A stretch of 36,488 nucleotides of DNA from IMG/VR virus record IMGVR_UViG_3300021076_000041; one strand, written 5' to 3'. Origin of the DNA: a virus. The position numbers and the translations under genes were made by a program. Below, one piece after another: positions 8,820 through 19,864 of the stretch. The first letter of the stretch is position 1; every line of letters starts with the position of its first letter. The notes under the pieces are model-generated. The model was given only the letters and a program-made list of their open reading frames with translations, did no database searches and had not been told where the DNA came from.

Positions 8820-9408
8820 ATGAAAATCGTCGAATTACTAAGACCGAAAGTATTCAAGGATAATAGCCTATTGTCAAAGGAAGATGCTCTACGAGAATTG
8901 AGTTTGATCTCAAAGAGAATTAATCACTATTCCGACAAATTAAATTCGAAAGATCTCAAATCGAAAGAAAGAAGTTTCTATAAAAAGAATCTCGAAAAGG
9001 ATCTGAAAGCAGTAAAAGAACTAACAGAAAAACTCACCGAAAGTATTATGGTAGAATCAGTTCATAAGATTCCAATGTCTGACAGCGAACTTGAAGAATT
9101 GAAACATCGCCTTGACGGACCAATACCCGCAGAGATTGCTACTATCATATTAGATGATATCCTGATGTCAGATGAATTGACAGATGAATATCAGCAAGTA
9201 GCACAAAGAAATCCTAACCAAGATGTTCGACCAATCGTCATAAAATGGCTCGAGCTCAATATGCCATCTCAAATAAGCAAATTCACTCGGTGCTTCTGAT
9301 CCAGATCACTTGATTCACGGAATATTCTCGCCAATACACGGCTATCCTGTTCCAAACCCACGCAGTTCCACTACTGGCACACCAGGTAATGCTGTAGGCC
9401 GTTTTTAA
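8820..9408 (+). CDS. hypothetical protein, interrupted once (C9288)
   Basis: The track ORF ends ...KFTRCF* at 9299. Skipping C9288 (ACT-C-GGT) extends it by 39 codons to TAA 9406-9408, filling a gap with no other sense ORF. Confidence 0.5.
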
Positions 9409-9440
9409 TTCAATATACAAAGTAAATTCACAATGATTAC

Positions 9441-9470
9441 TTGACATCCGCGTCAAGTATGTGTTATTAT
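9441..9470 (+). promoter_or_regulatory. sigma70-like promoter
   Basis: TTGACA (9441-9446), an 18-nt spacer, then TATTAT (9465-9470). Confidence 0.5.
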
Positions 9471-9518
9471 ACAATACAAGCAATAGAGAATCACCCAATT
9501 TATCACAAGGAGAATAAT

Positions 9519-9761
9519 ATGAATTTGTCACCGGCAAATGTTGCAAGGCTAAGAGCATTAATGAGAGATGGAGCAACTGTCTTGCAAGAAGTTTCGGATT
9601 TAAGAGAAGGTCTGAAAGAAACTGTCAAAGCAGTGGCCGAAGAACTCGATGTCAAGCCAGCACAGATCAATAAGTTGATAAAGATCTGTTATGAAGGATC
9701 AATGGATGAAAAGAGAGAAGCGTTCGAAGAATTAGAAGAACTTTACAAGTCAAGTATCTAA
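9519..9761 (+). CDS. hypothetical acidic protein
   Basis: ATG 9519 follows AAGGAGA. The upstream part of track ORF 9441.. overlaps the promoter. Confidence 0.55.
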   Translation: MNLSPANVARLRALMRDGATVLQEVSDLREGLKETVKAVAEELDVKPAQINKLIKICYEGSMDEKREAFEELEELYKSSI

Positions 9762-9782
9762 GGAGAAATATCATTTACATAG

Positions 9783-12726
9783 ATGCATACTATAATAAAA
9801 AAGGTCGGCGAAGCCGAAACGGTAAAGGTAGTTGAAAGAATCAATGGTCAAAGAATTTACAGAGAATTTCAGCCGGATCTTCATTTCTTCGTTAGTGACG
9901 CACGAGGTCAGCATAAGTCTATCTATGGTGACGCATTAAAGAAGATTATTCCAAAATCTATTGAAGAACGATTTAAGACAATTAAATCACTAAGTCATAA
10001 TGTCAAGGTGTGGGAGACAAATGTAAATCCAGTTTACCGTTGTCTCGAACAGAATTATCAAAATTCCGAACTACCTACACCACACGTAGCATTCTTCGAC
10101 ATAGAAACAAGCTTCGATAAAGAGTTGGGGTGGAGCGGCGCCAGTGAAGCAAACAATTTCATTACTGCCATATCAGTTCATTGTCAATGGAAGGATGAGA
10201 TTATCTGTATATCGGTTCCACCCGAAACTATCACAGCCGAAGAAGCGCAAAGTATTGCTGATGAGGTTGGTAATACTATCATTTGTAAGACTGAATTAGA
10301 AATGCTTCAGCTGTTCATAGAGATCATCGAGGATGCTGATATATTAAGTGGGTGGAATTCAGGATGTTATGATATTCCATATCTTATCAACAGAATGAAG
10401 AAAGTCTTAGGTCGCCACGAAGTAAGAAAATTATGTTTGTGGAATCTCGAACCACACGCTCGAATGATTGATCGTGGCGGTAAAGAAGTTCCTACCTATG
10501 ACTTGATAGGTCGAGTTCATATGGACTATATGGAATTATATAAGAAATATAACTATGAGGAACGACATAGTTATGCATTGAACGCCATTGCTGAACTTGA
10601 AGTCGGCGATACGAAGATTCCATACGAAGGCACACTTGATGAGTTATTCAACTGTGACTATAAGAAATTCCTTCAATACAACATTCAAGATACATTGCTG
10701 CTTGATAAGATAGATAAGAAACTACAGTTCATTGATTTGGCAAGTTCCATTGCTCACTCCAATTGTGTCACATTGATGGCTACTGCTGGTGCAGTTGCTG
10801 TGACTGATCAGGCAATTATGATCGAAGCACACAACAGGAATATGATTGTGATGGATAGGTCACAGTTCAGTAATGGAGAAACTCGTGCTGCAGGTGGATG
10901 GGTTGCGACACCGAAGATAGGCTTCCATAGATGGATCGGAACAACAGATATGAAATCACTGTATCCATCTGTGATTCGCGCTTTCAATATGAGCCCCGAG
11001 ACCATTGTAGGCCAAATCAGATTAGACCGAACAAACAAGGCTTTACTGGAATGGGAATCTAAAGGCGGAACTAACGATTTTGCTCATTGGTGGAATGACC
11101 GATTTAATGTTCTTGAAATGGAATATTTTTACGATAATGACATAAGTGAAAAACTTATCTTAGATATGACAAATGGTGATGTATTTGAAGTTACTGGTGC
11201 CGAATTAAGAGATATTATTTTTGAAAGTGAACAAGGTTGGTGTATTAGTGCTAACGGAACTATCTTCAGAACTGACATTGAAGGTGTAATTCCGGGATTG
11301 TTATCAAGATGGTATAGTGAAAGAAAACAACTTCAGAAGATAATGGTAAATTATCAAGGTCTCGAAGATAATGAAAAGATAGAAGGTGTGTTAGTGCCTG
11401 AAGAATTATTCACTAACAAAGATATTTCTGATATCGAAGTCAAGGCTAATCCTTACAATGAGCACGAATCTTACAATCCATCTAAATTATCAAAACTTAT
11501 CTCAACAGGCATTAAGGAAGATATAGTTCAATATATGAATCAACACCATCTTCATATCAAAGATGGTAAGGCAATTCATAGAGATCAGAAAGAATTGAAG
11601 AAATATATTGGGTTTTGGGACAAAAAACAAGCCGTTAAAAAAATCTCGCTAAACAGTCTGTACCGGTGCTCTATTAAATTCAGGCTCCAGATATTTCGAT
11701 CAACGACTTGGTCAATCAGTCACCTTATCAGGCAGAACAATTACGAAACATATGGCAGCTCAAACGAATAAGTTCGTAACTGGCGAATATGACCATTATG
11801 GTGAATCAATGGTCTACGGCGACACAGATTCCTCTATCTTCTCCGTTTGGCCAATGGTAAAAGACGATGTCGAACAAGGGAATATTGCTTGGACAAAAGA
11901 AGACGTGATTGATTTGTATAACAATGTAGCCAAAGAAGTGTCGGCAACATTTCCAGATTTCTTAAATAAGAAACTAAATGTTCCAGAATCCAGGAGCACA
12001 GGTGTAATTGCCAGTTCCAGAGAAGTAGTGGCACAGGCCGGAATCTTTATCAAGAAGAAGAGATATGCTATGCTGATGTATGATAAAGATGGTATCCGAA
12101 AAGATGTAAATGGAAAGGCTGGTGCCGTCAAAGCAATGGGATTAGATTTGAAACGAGCAGACACACCAAAGTTCGTTCAAGAATTTCTATCCGAAATTCT
12201 GCTCGACACTTTAACTGACAAAGGTGAAGATTGTGTCATAAAGAAAATCAAAGAATTCAAAACTAAATTTGAAGATATGAAACCGTGGCAGCAAGGGTCA
12301 CCAAAGGCAGTGAACAAGTTGACATTCTATAAGAAGAAAGAAGAAGACTTCTATGCCAATAAATTTAATGGGATCAAATCCGGGTCCGCCACAATGCCAG
12401 GACACGTTCGAGCAAGCTTGAATTGGAACAAGATGTGTGAAACAAACCACGATCAACACTCAATGAGAATTATCGATGGTCAAAAAGTGATAGTCTGTAA
12501 ATTAAAGACAACAGTTGACAGTCTCTTAACCAGCATTGCCTATCCAGTGGACGAGAACCATTTACCGGATTGGTTTTTGGAATTACCATTTGATAGTGAT
12601 ATTATGATGGCTGCGGGTGTAGATCAGAAAGTGAAAAATTTGATTGGGTGTCTAAATTGGGATTTAGAAAGAACTAATAAGGAAAGAGACTATTTAGAAA
12701 CTTTGTTTGATTTCACGAAACGATAG
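9783..12726 (+). CDS. family B DNA polymerase (T4 gp43-like), interrupted once (C11664)
   Basis: Exo motifs FFDIETS and YNIQDT. Polymerase motifs are ISLNSLY-G-ALLN (frame restored by skipping C11664) and VYGDTDS. The two track ORFs 9783..11771 and 11752..12726 are one gene. Confidence 0.9.
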
Positions 12727-12740
12727 TGGAATTTGGTAAA

Positions 12741-12769
12741 TTGACATACGTGTAAAAAACTGTTATACT
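12741..12769 (+). promoter_or_regulatory. sigma70-like promoter
   Basis: TTGACA (12741-12746), a 17-nt spacer, then TATACT (12764-12769). AAGGAG RBS lies before ATG 12802. Confidence 0.55.
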
Positions 12770-12801
12770 GTATGCTATAAACAATAAAAAGGAGCATCAC
12801 A

Positions 12802-13533
12802 ATGATTTTAGATAATTTCAAAGATATTCTCAAACATACACATAATCTCGGTTTTGATATGGTCAAGGTTCTTGGTTCAACCACCGAAACGAAGATTGAA
12901 TCTATGATTGATACTGATATTATTATGTATGGTTCATTGCATAATAATATCACTGGACTATCAGAAACAGTTGGACTTACCAGGCTGAACCTGTTGAAAG
13001 GTTATATTGACAACCCAGGTTATGCTGGTGCAGTAATCAAAATTCTAACACAGACGAATAAAGACAATGTCGAAAGTCCGTCAGGGTTGAAATTTGAAGG
13101 TATGACTGGAACTAATTCAGAATATCGATTTATGTCACAGAAGATGATTGATGAAAATCTTAGAGTTCCTCCTTTCAGAGGCGCTAATTGGAATGTAGTT
13201 ATTACACCAAACTTTACTAAGTTGGCTGAACTATACCATCTATCAAGCACCCACGGATCATATGAAAAATCATTCACTGTGTCAGTAAGTAAGAATACAT
13301 TGTATTTTAACATCGGTGGTGGTGTTGCTGACAATAGCAAGATTGTGGTTGCCGAGAATGTAAATGGAATGTTGGCTAGTCGTCAGTATCCACTTAGCCA
13401 TATACTTGGAGTTTTAAAGATTGGTCAAAGTTCGAAGAGCTGCGTAATGTCATTCTCCGATCAAGGTGCTGTTAAGATTGACATTGACAGCGGACTTGGA
13501 AAATATCAATATGTGATTCCTGAAACTCATTGA
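12802..13533 (+). CDS. hypothetical protein; possible sliding clamp (gp45-like) by size and position only
   Basis: 243 aa, directly downstream of the polymerase and with its own promoter. No motif-level support. Confidence 0.3.
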   Translation: MILDNFKDILKHTHNLGFDMVKVLGSTTETKIESMIDTDIIMYGSLHNNITGLSETVGLTRLNLLKGYIDNPGYAGAVIKILTQTNKDNVESPSGLKFEGMTGTNSEYRFMSQKMIDENLRVPPFRGANWNVVITPNFTKLAELYHLSSTHGSYEKSFTVSVSKNTLYFNIGGGVADNSKIVVAENVNGMLASRQYPLSHILGVLKIGQSSKSCVMSFSDQGAVKIDIDSGLGKYQYVIPETH

Positions 13534-13545
13534 GATTATACGACA

Positions 13546-13953
13546 ATGGAACGCGACGAACTTGAGACATTTATTCGGTTGAAATATGATATGTCGACTA
13601 GGGATTATTGGGAATATTTCACAATGTTGCCGGCAGGAACTGATTCAAAGTGGGCTTGGAGATGTGCGTATAGTATCGAACATCTTAATGATAAGACACC
13701 CGGAACTCTAAATTTGATTGAGATGTCAAAGAAATTTAAGGGTAAGCATGACTACGCCGCCTCCGCTGAAGCCGGCGAATTACTAGACGATGCTTGGTTT
13801 GAATCTAATTGTCCAGTGGCATTATCTTTCTACTATGCTGCAACTGGTAGGTATAGCTCGGCACTGTCATATGCAGCCGACTTTGGAAAACAATCAATAA
13901 TGGATTTACTAATAGAAGAATTAATCGAATATGAGAGAAACAATGGCGAGTGA
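13546..13953 (+). CDS. hypothetical protein; paralog of 176..392
   Basis: Shares the FIRLKY N-terminus and LIEELIEYE C-terminus. It contains an ordinary in-frame CGG (13576) at a position where the paralog has AGA. Confidence 0.55.
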   Translation: MERDELETFIRLKYDMSTRDYWEYFTMLPAGTDSKWAWRCAYSIEHLNDKTPGTLNLIEMSKKFKGKHDYAASAEAGELLDDAWFESNCPVALSFYYAATGRYSSALSYAADFGKQSIMDLLIEELIEYERNNGE

Positions 13954-15503
13954 TAAAGTGTATGGTGTGAATCTTTCAGAACGAACTGATCAACGGCGAC
14001 TACGCTCTGTATTTGCCTGCAATTAGCGGATTTTGTACTAATCAATTAAGTAAGATGAATAATGATCCAAATTTCGTGCCATCAAGCAGAATGCCAAAAG
14101 GATTCGAAAATGGTCACCAAGGACTAAATTTTTTAGATAGAGACAAAGGATATTACTATTATAAGTATGGTTTGTATTCAGCGGGACACGCCTATCTTAA
14201 TCTTGCCAAATCAGACACTGAAGAACAGATGATTCAGCAACGAGATAGAAGTGATACTTTGATTATCGGGGATTCCGGGGGATTTCAAATCGCTACCGGT
14301 GTGTTGAAAATTGACTGGACAACATTCAAAACCCCTGCCGGTGATAAAATGCGAGAGGATATTCTTCGTTGGTTAGAACATACTGCAGATTGGAGTATGA
14401 CGCTCGATGTTCCTGCTTTTGCGGCCGAAGGTAATCTTTCTGCCAAAACAGGATTGAAGAAATTTGAAGATACTTTAGATGTTTCACTTTACAATCTGGA
14501 TTATTTTGTTAAGAATAGGAAACCCGGAGCAACAAAGTTCCTTAATGTTCTATCAGGGTCTACTCTTGAGAATGGAATTACTTGGTATGATGCAGTGAAG
14601 CAATACAGTGATCCAAAATGGATGGTTGAGAATGGATTCGGCGAAGATCGAACATTAGAAGGGTGGGCATTTGCTGGTGTAAATAGAACAAGTATGGAAG
14701 CAGCCTTAACTCAAATTCTATTATTGAGACAAGATAATCTATTGAAAGATAAAGATTGGATTCACTTTTTGGGAATTGGAAGATTAGATTGGGGTTGTTA
14801 TCTTACAAGTATAATGAGACAACTGAATAAGCACGATAACCCAAGACTGAAGATTAGTTATGATGCAGCAAGTCCATTCGTTGCTACAGCATATGGATTG
14901 GCTTACAATTATAACTACTTCGATTCAAAGAGATTGACATATTCGATGGGTAAGGCAATTGATGAGAAATATTTCAAGGGTAGTCAATTAGCAATGCCAT
15001 TTCAAAGTCCTATTATGGATAGATTGAAAGTTGGTGATGTATGTGTCCTTGGTGACACAGACCCAAATAAGAATGGTAAGATCGGAAGAACAAGTTGGGA
15101 TACATATACCTATCTACTGTATATGATGCATAATACATACAATCATATTCAGGCTACCCAAGAAATAAATAGGTTGGCAGATATTGAGCATTTACGAAAG
15201 AATGTGAGTTATAAAGACTGGACTAAGACAAAGAAATCTGAGACAATTTGCTTCAGTGACTTTGTTCCAAATAAGATTCTATTCTTTGAAAGTTTCGTGA
15301 AAGATTTACTTGATCCAGCAAACACAGATCCGTTTGGAATGATAGATCATTATCGACCATTCTTGGAAACATTAGACATTGGTAAGATATCAAATCATTC
15401 TTACAAAGGATTGTTTGATTTTACTGAACAACTTCCAGATGAAGATAAACTGGCCGATATAAACGATGAGAAATTAGTAAAACTCGAAAGTGAATTCAAA
15501 TGA
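13943..15503 (+). CDS. dpdA: DpdA-like DNA/tRNA-guanine transglycosylase family protein, interrupted once (C13994)
   Basis: LIIGDSGGFQIATG is the DSGGFQ motif of the TGT/DpdA family. ATG 13943 overlaps the upstream stop. Skipping C13994 (CAA-C-GGC) joins 17 N-terminal codons to track ORF 14013..15503. Confidence 0.7.
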
Positions 15504-15934
15504 CAGCGAAATATCCAATCTTTAGTAAAGAACCGCCAAGTGATATGTTTCTTGAATCTTTAAACGGGCATCGTAGCGGCTCGCCACATATAGAATGCTA
15601 CTGCGGAAGAAATCACTATTGTCCAGATTCTCAAAGTTACAACGGCGAGGATGAATTTGAACTCGAAGCAAGGGAAGAGAAGAAACTGAATCCTGCTGGT
15701 GTTGTTCTTCACGAAGAATATGATGCAGTGATGGCAATAGATATGGGCGGTCCAGTCTATGTGATTGACTGTGAATGCAATAGCCTTCGTCGATATGAAG
15801 ACATATTTTGGAATTCGAAATCAATTATCCAATCATACTTCCCAAAGAGGGAAGCGTATGAGAAGGAAATGGCAGAACAACAACTGATTGTTGACAAACT
15901 CAAAGGCATTCGCCACGGCACTGAAGCATTTTAA
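15500..15934 (+). CDS. hypothetical protein
   Basis: ORF with an ATGA overlap to dpdA. Cys-rich (CYCGRNHYC, DCEC). Confidence 0.5.
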   Translation: MTAKYPIFSKEPPSDMFLESLNGHRSGSPHIECYCGRNHYCPDSQSYNGEDEFELEAREEKKLNPAGVVLHEEYDAVMAIDMGGPVYVIDCECNSLRRYEDIFWNSKSIIQSYFPKREAYEKEMAEQQLIVDKLKGIRHGTEAF

Positions 15935-15955
15935 TTTTAACTTTGAAAGAAAATC

Positions 15956-16282
15956 ATGGAAAAGAAATTATTCGTAGTTGATACAATTAGCACCTTTCGT
16001 CTACGTTATGTCATTGAAGCAGAAAACGTAGAAGACGCATATGATGAAGTGGCAATGATAGATTCCGATAACGCTGACAACTCGTTCGACGAACTCACTC
16101 AAAAGTTTCTTGGTGAAATGATTATTGATGGTAGAGAAATTACCAAGGCGCAATTTGATACTATGTTATTAGACCTGGAGAATGATAAAACTGAGACAAG
16201 TTCTCATTGGATGGGCGAATCAATGATTCGAAGAGTTGCGTATCCTGTTGAAGTAGAACAAGGACAGAATGATGAAGAATAG
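15956..16282 (+). CDS. hypothetical acidic protein
   Basis: ORF in the sense-strand operon. Confidence 0.5.
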   Translation: MEKKLFVVDTISTFRLRYVIEAENVEDAYDEVAMIDSDNADNSFDELTQKFLGEMIIDGREITKAQFDTMLLDLENDKTETSSHWMGESMIRRVAYPVEVEQGQNDEE

Positions 16283-16571
16283 CAAAATATTGAAGAAAGC
16301 GAAAAAATTAATTAAGTCCGGTGAAGAAAACTATATCTGTGATGCCATTCGCCGCGTTCCAGTCATTTCCACTTGCATTTACCAACGCATAGAGCTACGA
16401 ATGTGGGTTAGCAACTTACTCGGCCGCTGTGGAACCTATGAAGACTGGATTAGGGTTAACCATAGCAAATTATACCGTAAATGGAAACGAGAAGATTACA
16501 AACAAGGAAGACTCGCGTGGCTTGATTGGATGATAGAATACTGGGAAGCAAAGGAGAAGAAAAGTAAATGA
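16269..16571 (+). CDS. hypothetical protein
   Basis: ORF overlapping both neighbours. Confidence 0.5.
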   Translation: MMKNSKILKKAKKLIKSGEENYICDAIRRVPVISTCIYQRIELRMWVSNLLGRCGTYEDWIRVNHSKLYRKWKREDYKQGRLAWLDWMIEYWEAKEKKSK

Positions 16572-17740
16572 GGAAATTATACTACTGTGGAATTGAAAAA
16601 CTTCAGGCAAGATACTCACTACAATTAGAAGACTGGAATACACGAGTCTTCAATCGCAGAAATATCAATTATGAAATTGTCTATGGCGAAGATTTGACCG
16701 GCGACCAAATTGTGACTGGCTCAGTGCTTGATGTGCATGGCCGAAGCTATTACAGCCTTACACAAATGGCAGCATTGGTAAAGTTGATGAAAGCGGGAAG
16801 TATTACTTCCGAGGATGTAATATTCTTCGAAGATTCCTATGTAATGGGGATGTCCTCATTGCCATATATATTTGACCAAATTGATCCAAAATACCGACCA
16901 CGAGTATTTGTAAGATGGCTCGCTAATTCCACCGACCCCGACGATTTCCTATTGAGGAATGGGTCATTGGCGTGGGCTCGACCATTTGAGCAAATGATTG
17001 ATAATTTTGTAGATGGTATTTTTGTAGCATCGGAAGAAATGGTTGCTCACTTGAGGATCTCAGGATTCAAATCACCAATCTATGTCACCGGTCTTCCATT
17101 CTGTAAAGATGAAGTATTAGAAAGAGTGCCAGTTGTAAAGCCTATCAAAGAAAGAAGACGTCGAGTAGTCTTTGGTTCAAGATTTGACGATGAAAAGAAT
17201 CCGAACTTCTATATGGACTTGGCAGAGCATTATTTTAAGATTGACCCATCGACTGAATTTGCTGTTCTGTGCGGACATCCTACATTGAAGAGTAATAATC
17301 CAGAATTAGTAAAAAGAGCAGATAGATTACAGAGGAGCATGGTTAACTTCAAAGTCTATACTGGATTGAAGAAGAATGATTATTACAATCTGGCGGCTGA
17401 TAGTTGGGTAAATTTTAACTGTGCGCTTCAAGATTGGCAAAGTAATCAACCCGGTGAATTAGGCGCTCTTGGAACATTGCTACTCTATCCGGCATATCGA
17501 TCCTTTCCTGAGACTTTTGGAAATAGAGACGAGTTCCTATATATTCCGTGGAGTCTTGATGATGCTATGTCAAAATTACAGAAGATGTTTCTACATCCGG
17601 AAAATTATGATGTAAAGCCGATTGTAGAATGGATAGATGGCGCCATTGATAGAATGTTAGATATTCTTGAAGGCAACGGGGAACAATGGGGAAGAAATGA
17701 ACTCGACTATAGAAAATATGTCACGATTGCCAAATACTAA
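16568..17740 (+). CDS. hypothetical protein, possibly a GT-B-like glycosyltransferase
   Basis: 390 aa. RRVVFGSRFDDEKNP resembles the start of the second Rossmann half of GT-B enzymes. Support is weak. Confidence 0.3.
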   Translation: MRKLYYCGIEKLQARYSLQLEDWNTRVFNRRNINYEIVYGEDLTGDQIVTGSVLDVHGRSYYSLTQMAALVKLMKAGSITSEDVIFFEDSYVMGMSSLPYIFDQIDPKYRPRVFVRWLANSTDPDDFLLRNGSLAWARPFEQMIDNFVDGIFVASEEMVAHLRISGFKSPIYVTGLPFCKDEVLERVPVVKPIKERRRRVVFGSRFDDEKNPNFYMDLAEHYFKIDPSTEFAVLCGHPTLKSNNPELVKRADRLQRSMVNFKVYTGLKKNDYYNLAADSWVNFNCALQDWQSNQPGELGALGTLLLYPAYRSFPETFGNRDEFLYIPWSLDDAMSKLQKMFLHPENYDVKPIVEWIDGAIDRMLDILEGNGEQWGRNELDYRKYVTIAKY

Positions 17741-17920
17741 TTGGTTGAAAATCCAATATCCGTATTCTACGTATATGAGGAAGTGGACGAGCGACTAAAA
17801 GAAAGATGCAATGAGAAATTCGGAGACAATGGAAGATGGCAGTTTTGGGATTGTTTTTTCATCACTACTTTCTATTTCAAAGATGAAGACGATCTTATTG
17901 TATTCAAATTGATATTATGA
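17741..17920 (+). CDS. small protein, distant relative of the LKYGHIY family (start uncertain)
   Basis: A 59-codon open frame ending FYFKDEDDLIVFKLIL*. The stop overlaps the next ATG (ATGA). There is no in-frame ATG, but TTG 17741 is possible. Confidence 0.35.
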   Translation: MVENPISVFYVYEEVDERLKERCNEKFGDNGRWQFWDCFFITTFYFKDEDDLIVFKLIL

Positions 17921-18153
17921 AATTCGTTCTGAATAGAGCAATTGGTTTTCCATATCGATTTACCATAAAAAAATCAGAATTTAAAGGAATTTCTAAAAAA
18001 TGTCGAAGGCTATATGGTAGCCCAAAGAAAGACAGATGGAGAATTAATCAATTTTTATATTCTCAGTATCCTTTCTATCGAATTTATATCAAGGATAAGG
18101 AAGATGCTATGATCTTCATCCTAGCAACAGGAATAGCACCAACACAACTATAA
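17917..18153 (+). CDS. small protein, distant relative of the LKYGHIY family
   Basis: Its C-terminal part is RIYIKDKEDAMIFILATG. Confidence 0.45.
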   Translation: MKFVLNRAIGFPYRFTIKKSEFKGISKKCRRLYGSPKKDRWRINQFLYSQYPFYRIYIKDKEDAMIFILATGIAPTQL

Positions 18154-18167
18154 CCAAGGAAACAACA

Positions 18168-18941
18168 ATGAGCAACTATCACGAACAACTAAAGACAGCA
18201 GTATATTTCATCGGTACTGAAATTGAAAGAACGCCGGCTTTTTCAAAGAAGACATTATTTGTAGTAGGATATCAACCACAGGATGAAATTCTTGCCACAG
18301 CTAAAGAGCATAAGATTACTCATATCTATCTTGGTGCTAATAGAAGTTTCACTTTGAATCACGATTGGAATCATCTGCTTACAAAGTTGCTTGATTCGAA
18401 GGGAATGACAGTCACTTTAGATTATCAGGCAAGTCATCATAAGCAATTGACTCAAGTATTGTCGAGAGGTGTATGGCAATGCCGATCATTTATACCATTA
18501 ATAACAGTTGACATCACAAGCATAAATACATTGAATCAAAACTTGACAGTTAAGATTGATGATCCTGAAAAGAAGAATGATGGTGTTTGGTGCTGGAATC
18601 AGCACGAAATAATGGATTCGAACAAATTTACCGGGTGGAATGAATACGAAGACGATGAATTTATTCAACCGACAAAGGTAGTAGCAGTTCCGCAACCAAG
18701 AGCACGAATTGCCGAAAGAGCAATAACTCAACTTAACAAATCTGAAACGGCACCATTGCCAGTAAATCCAAGCAAAGAAAATATCGCCGATTACTATTCC
18801 GGCGAATTGAAGACAACTTCGGGGTCGATTGGGTCTGATGAAGAAACTCAAAAGGAACCGGAATTGGTATCACAACGCACAGTTAGGAAAGAGAAAGAAG
18901 AATCCGCTAGACATAGAACTTTGAAGAAAGATACAGAATGA
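18168..18941 (+). CDS. hypothetical protein
   Basis: ORF following AAGGAAACAACA. The C-terminal third is low-complexity and charged. Confidence 0.5.
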   Translation: MSNYHEQLKTAVYFIGTEIERTPAFSKKTLFVVGYQPQDEILATAKEHKITHIYLGANRSFTLNHDWNHLLTKLLDSKGMTVTLDYQASHHKQLTQVLSRGVWQCRSFIPLITVDITSINTLNQNLTVKIDDPEKKNDGVWCWNQHEIMDSNKFTGWNEYEDDEFIQPTKVVAVPQPRARIAERAITQLNKSETAPLPVNPSKENIADYYSGELKTTSGSIGSDEETQKEPELVSQRTVRKEKEESARHRTLKKDTE

Positions 18942-19162
18942 GATTTAAAATCGAATCGTATGAGGAGCAACTCAAGAGAAGTTTTGAAATTAAATCCCAG
19001 TGGCATTCTTGGTTTGCTTGGAGGCCAATAGTTCTAAACATTGAATGTCCTACTTGTGAGATAGTTTGGCTAGAAAGAGTAGCAAGAAAATACGAGTATG
19101 ATACGTGGATATATTCTGATATAGATGACGCATTGGTAGAAATTCTAAAAGGTGAAAAATGA
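18938..19162 (+). CDS. hypothetical protein
   Basis: ORF with ATGA overlaps at both ends. Confidence 0.45.
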   Translation: MRFKIESYEEQLKRSFEIKSQWHSWFAWRPIVLNIECPTCEIVWLERVARKYEYDTWIYSDIDDALVEILKGEK

Positions 19163-19594
19163 AACGAACATTTGTATATACTACATTTCAAAAAGAAGGC
19201 TATCACTGCTTCCCCGAAGCAGCCACGGATCCAAAATTCAAGACACGGTGATTATTTAGATGTATCACATCTCGGAACTCGTCACTTTCATTACTTTCAT
19301 TTTAAGGTATGGGTTGAAGTATCGCACTTGAATCGTGACATTGAGTTTATTCAGTTGAGAAGGTGGATCGAACAACAGTATGAAACTGGCGCCTTAGAAT
19401 TGAATAATCAGAGTTGTGAGATGTTGGCCGATGGTCTCGTAGACATACTCAAGGATAAGTACCCGGATCAGAAAATCAAAGTTGACGTGTCTGAAGAAGG
19501 CATCAATGGTGCTATTGTAGAATATTCACCAGTAGATTTGTATGATGAAACACTGCGACAAGGTTTAGAAAGTCTAAGAACCATATCTAAATGA
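19159..19594 (+). CDS. QueD/PTPS-like T-fold protein (tentative), interrupted once (C19246)
   Basis: MKRTFVYTTFQKEGYHCFPEAATDPKFKT-G-DYLDVSHLGTRHFHYFHFKVWVEV. The His...HxH spacing resembles the zinc site of 6-carboxytetrahydropterin synthase. The N-terminal 29 codons are recovered by skipping C19246. Confidence 0.35.
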
Positions 19595-19863
19595 CTACAG
19601 CCAAGAAATTAATGCCACCCGGAATAAAAGAAGTCATTAGAATTCAATGTAGTAAAGATGGGTGGATTAAAATTTTAGATGGTAATAAATGGATTTGCGA
19701 ATCCGGGATATCATCTGCAACCTTTTATAGATGTCATAAAGACAAGATAAATGATGACTGGGAAATTGTTGATATCAGTGGCTTGACCGAGACCTTCAGT
19801 TGCTTCTTTGGATTCTTTGATATAGATGACGCACTAATTTTTAAGATTAAATTTGGAGATTGA
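19591..19863 (+). CDS. small protein, distant relative of the LKYGHIY family
   Basis: Ends FGFFDIDDALIFKIKFGD. Confidence 0.45.
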   Translation: MTTAKKLMPPGIKEVIRIQCSKDGWIKILDGNKWICESGISSATFYRCHKDKINDDWEIVDISGLTETFSCFFGFFDIDDALIFKIKFGD

Positions 19864-19864
19864 A

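Noticed and set aside
9283-9576. Minus-strand ORF 9283..9576
   Set aside because: It overlaps the C-skip extension of gene 8820..9408, a consensus plus-strand promoter, and the start of gene 9519. It has no RBS and atypical composition.
9783-12726. The split DNA polymerase could be two genes, or a gene interrupted by an intein, intron or homing element
   Set aside because: The two ORFs overlap by 20 nt. The conserved motif NSLYGALLN is restored by removing a single nucleotide, and no intervening sequence is present.
10808-13340. Antisense ORFs inside polB and the downstream gene (10808.., 11814.., 11834.., 12690.., 13020..)
   Set aside because: They are shadow ORFs opposite well-supported coding sequence.
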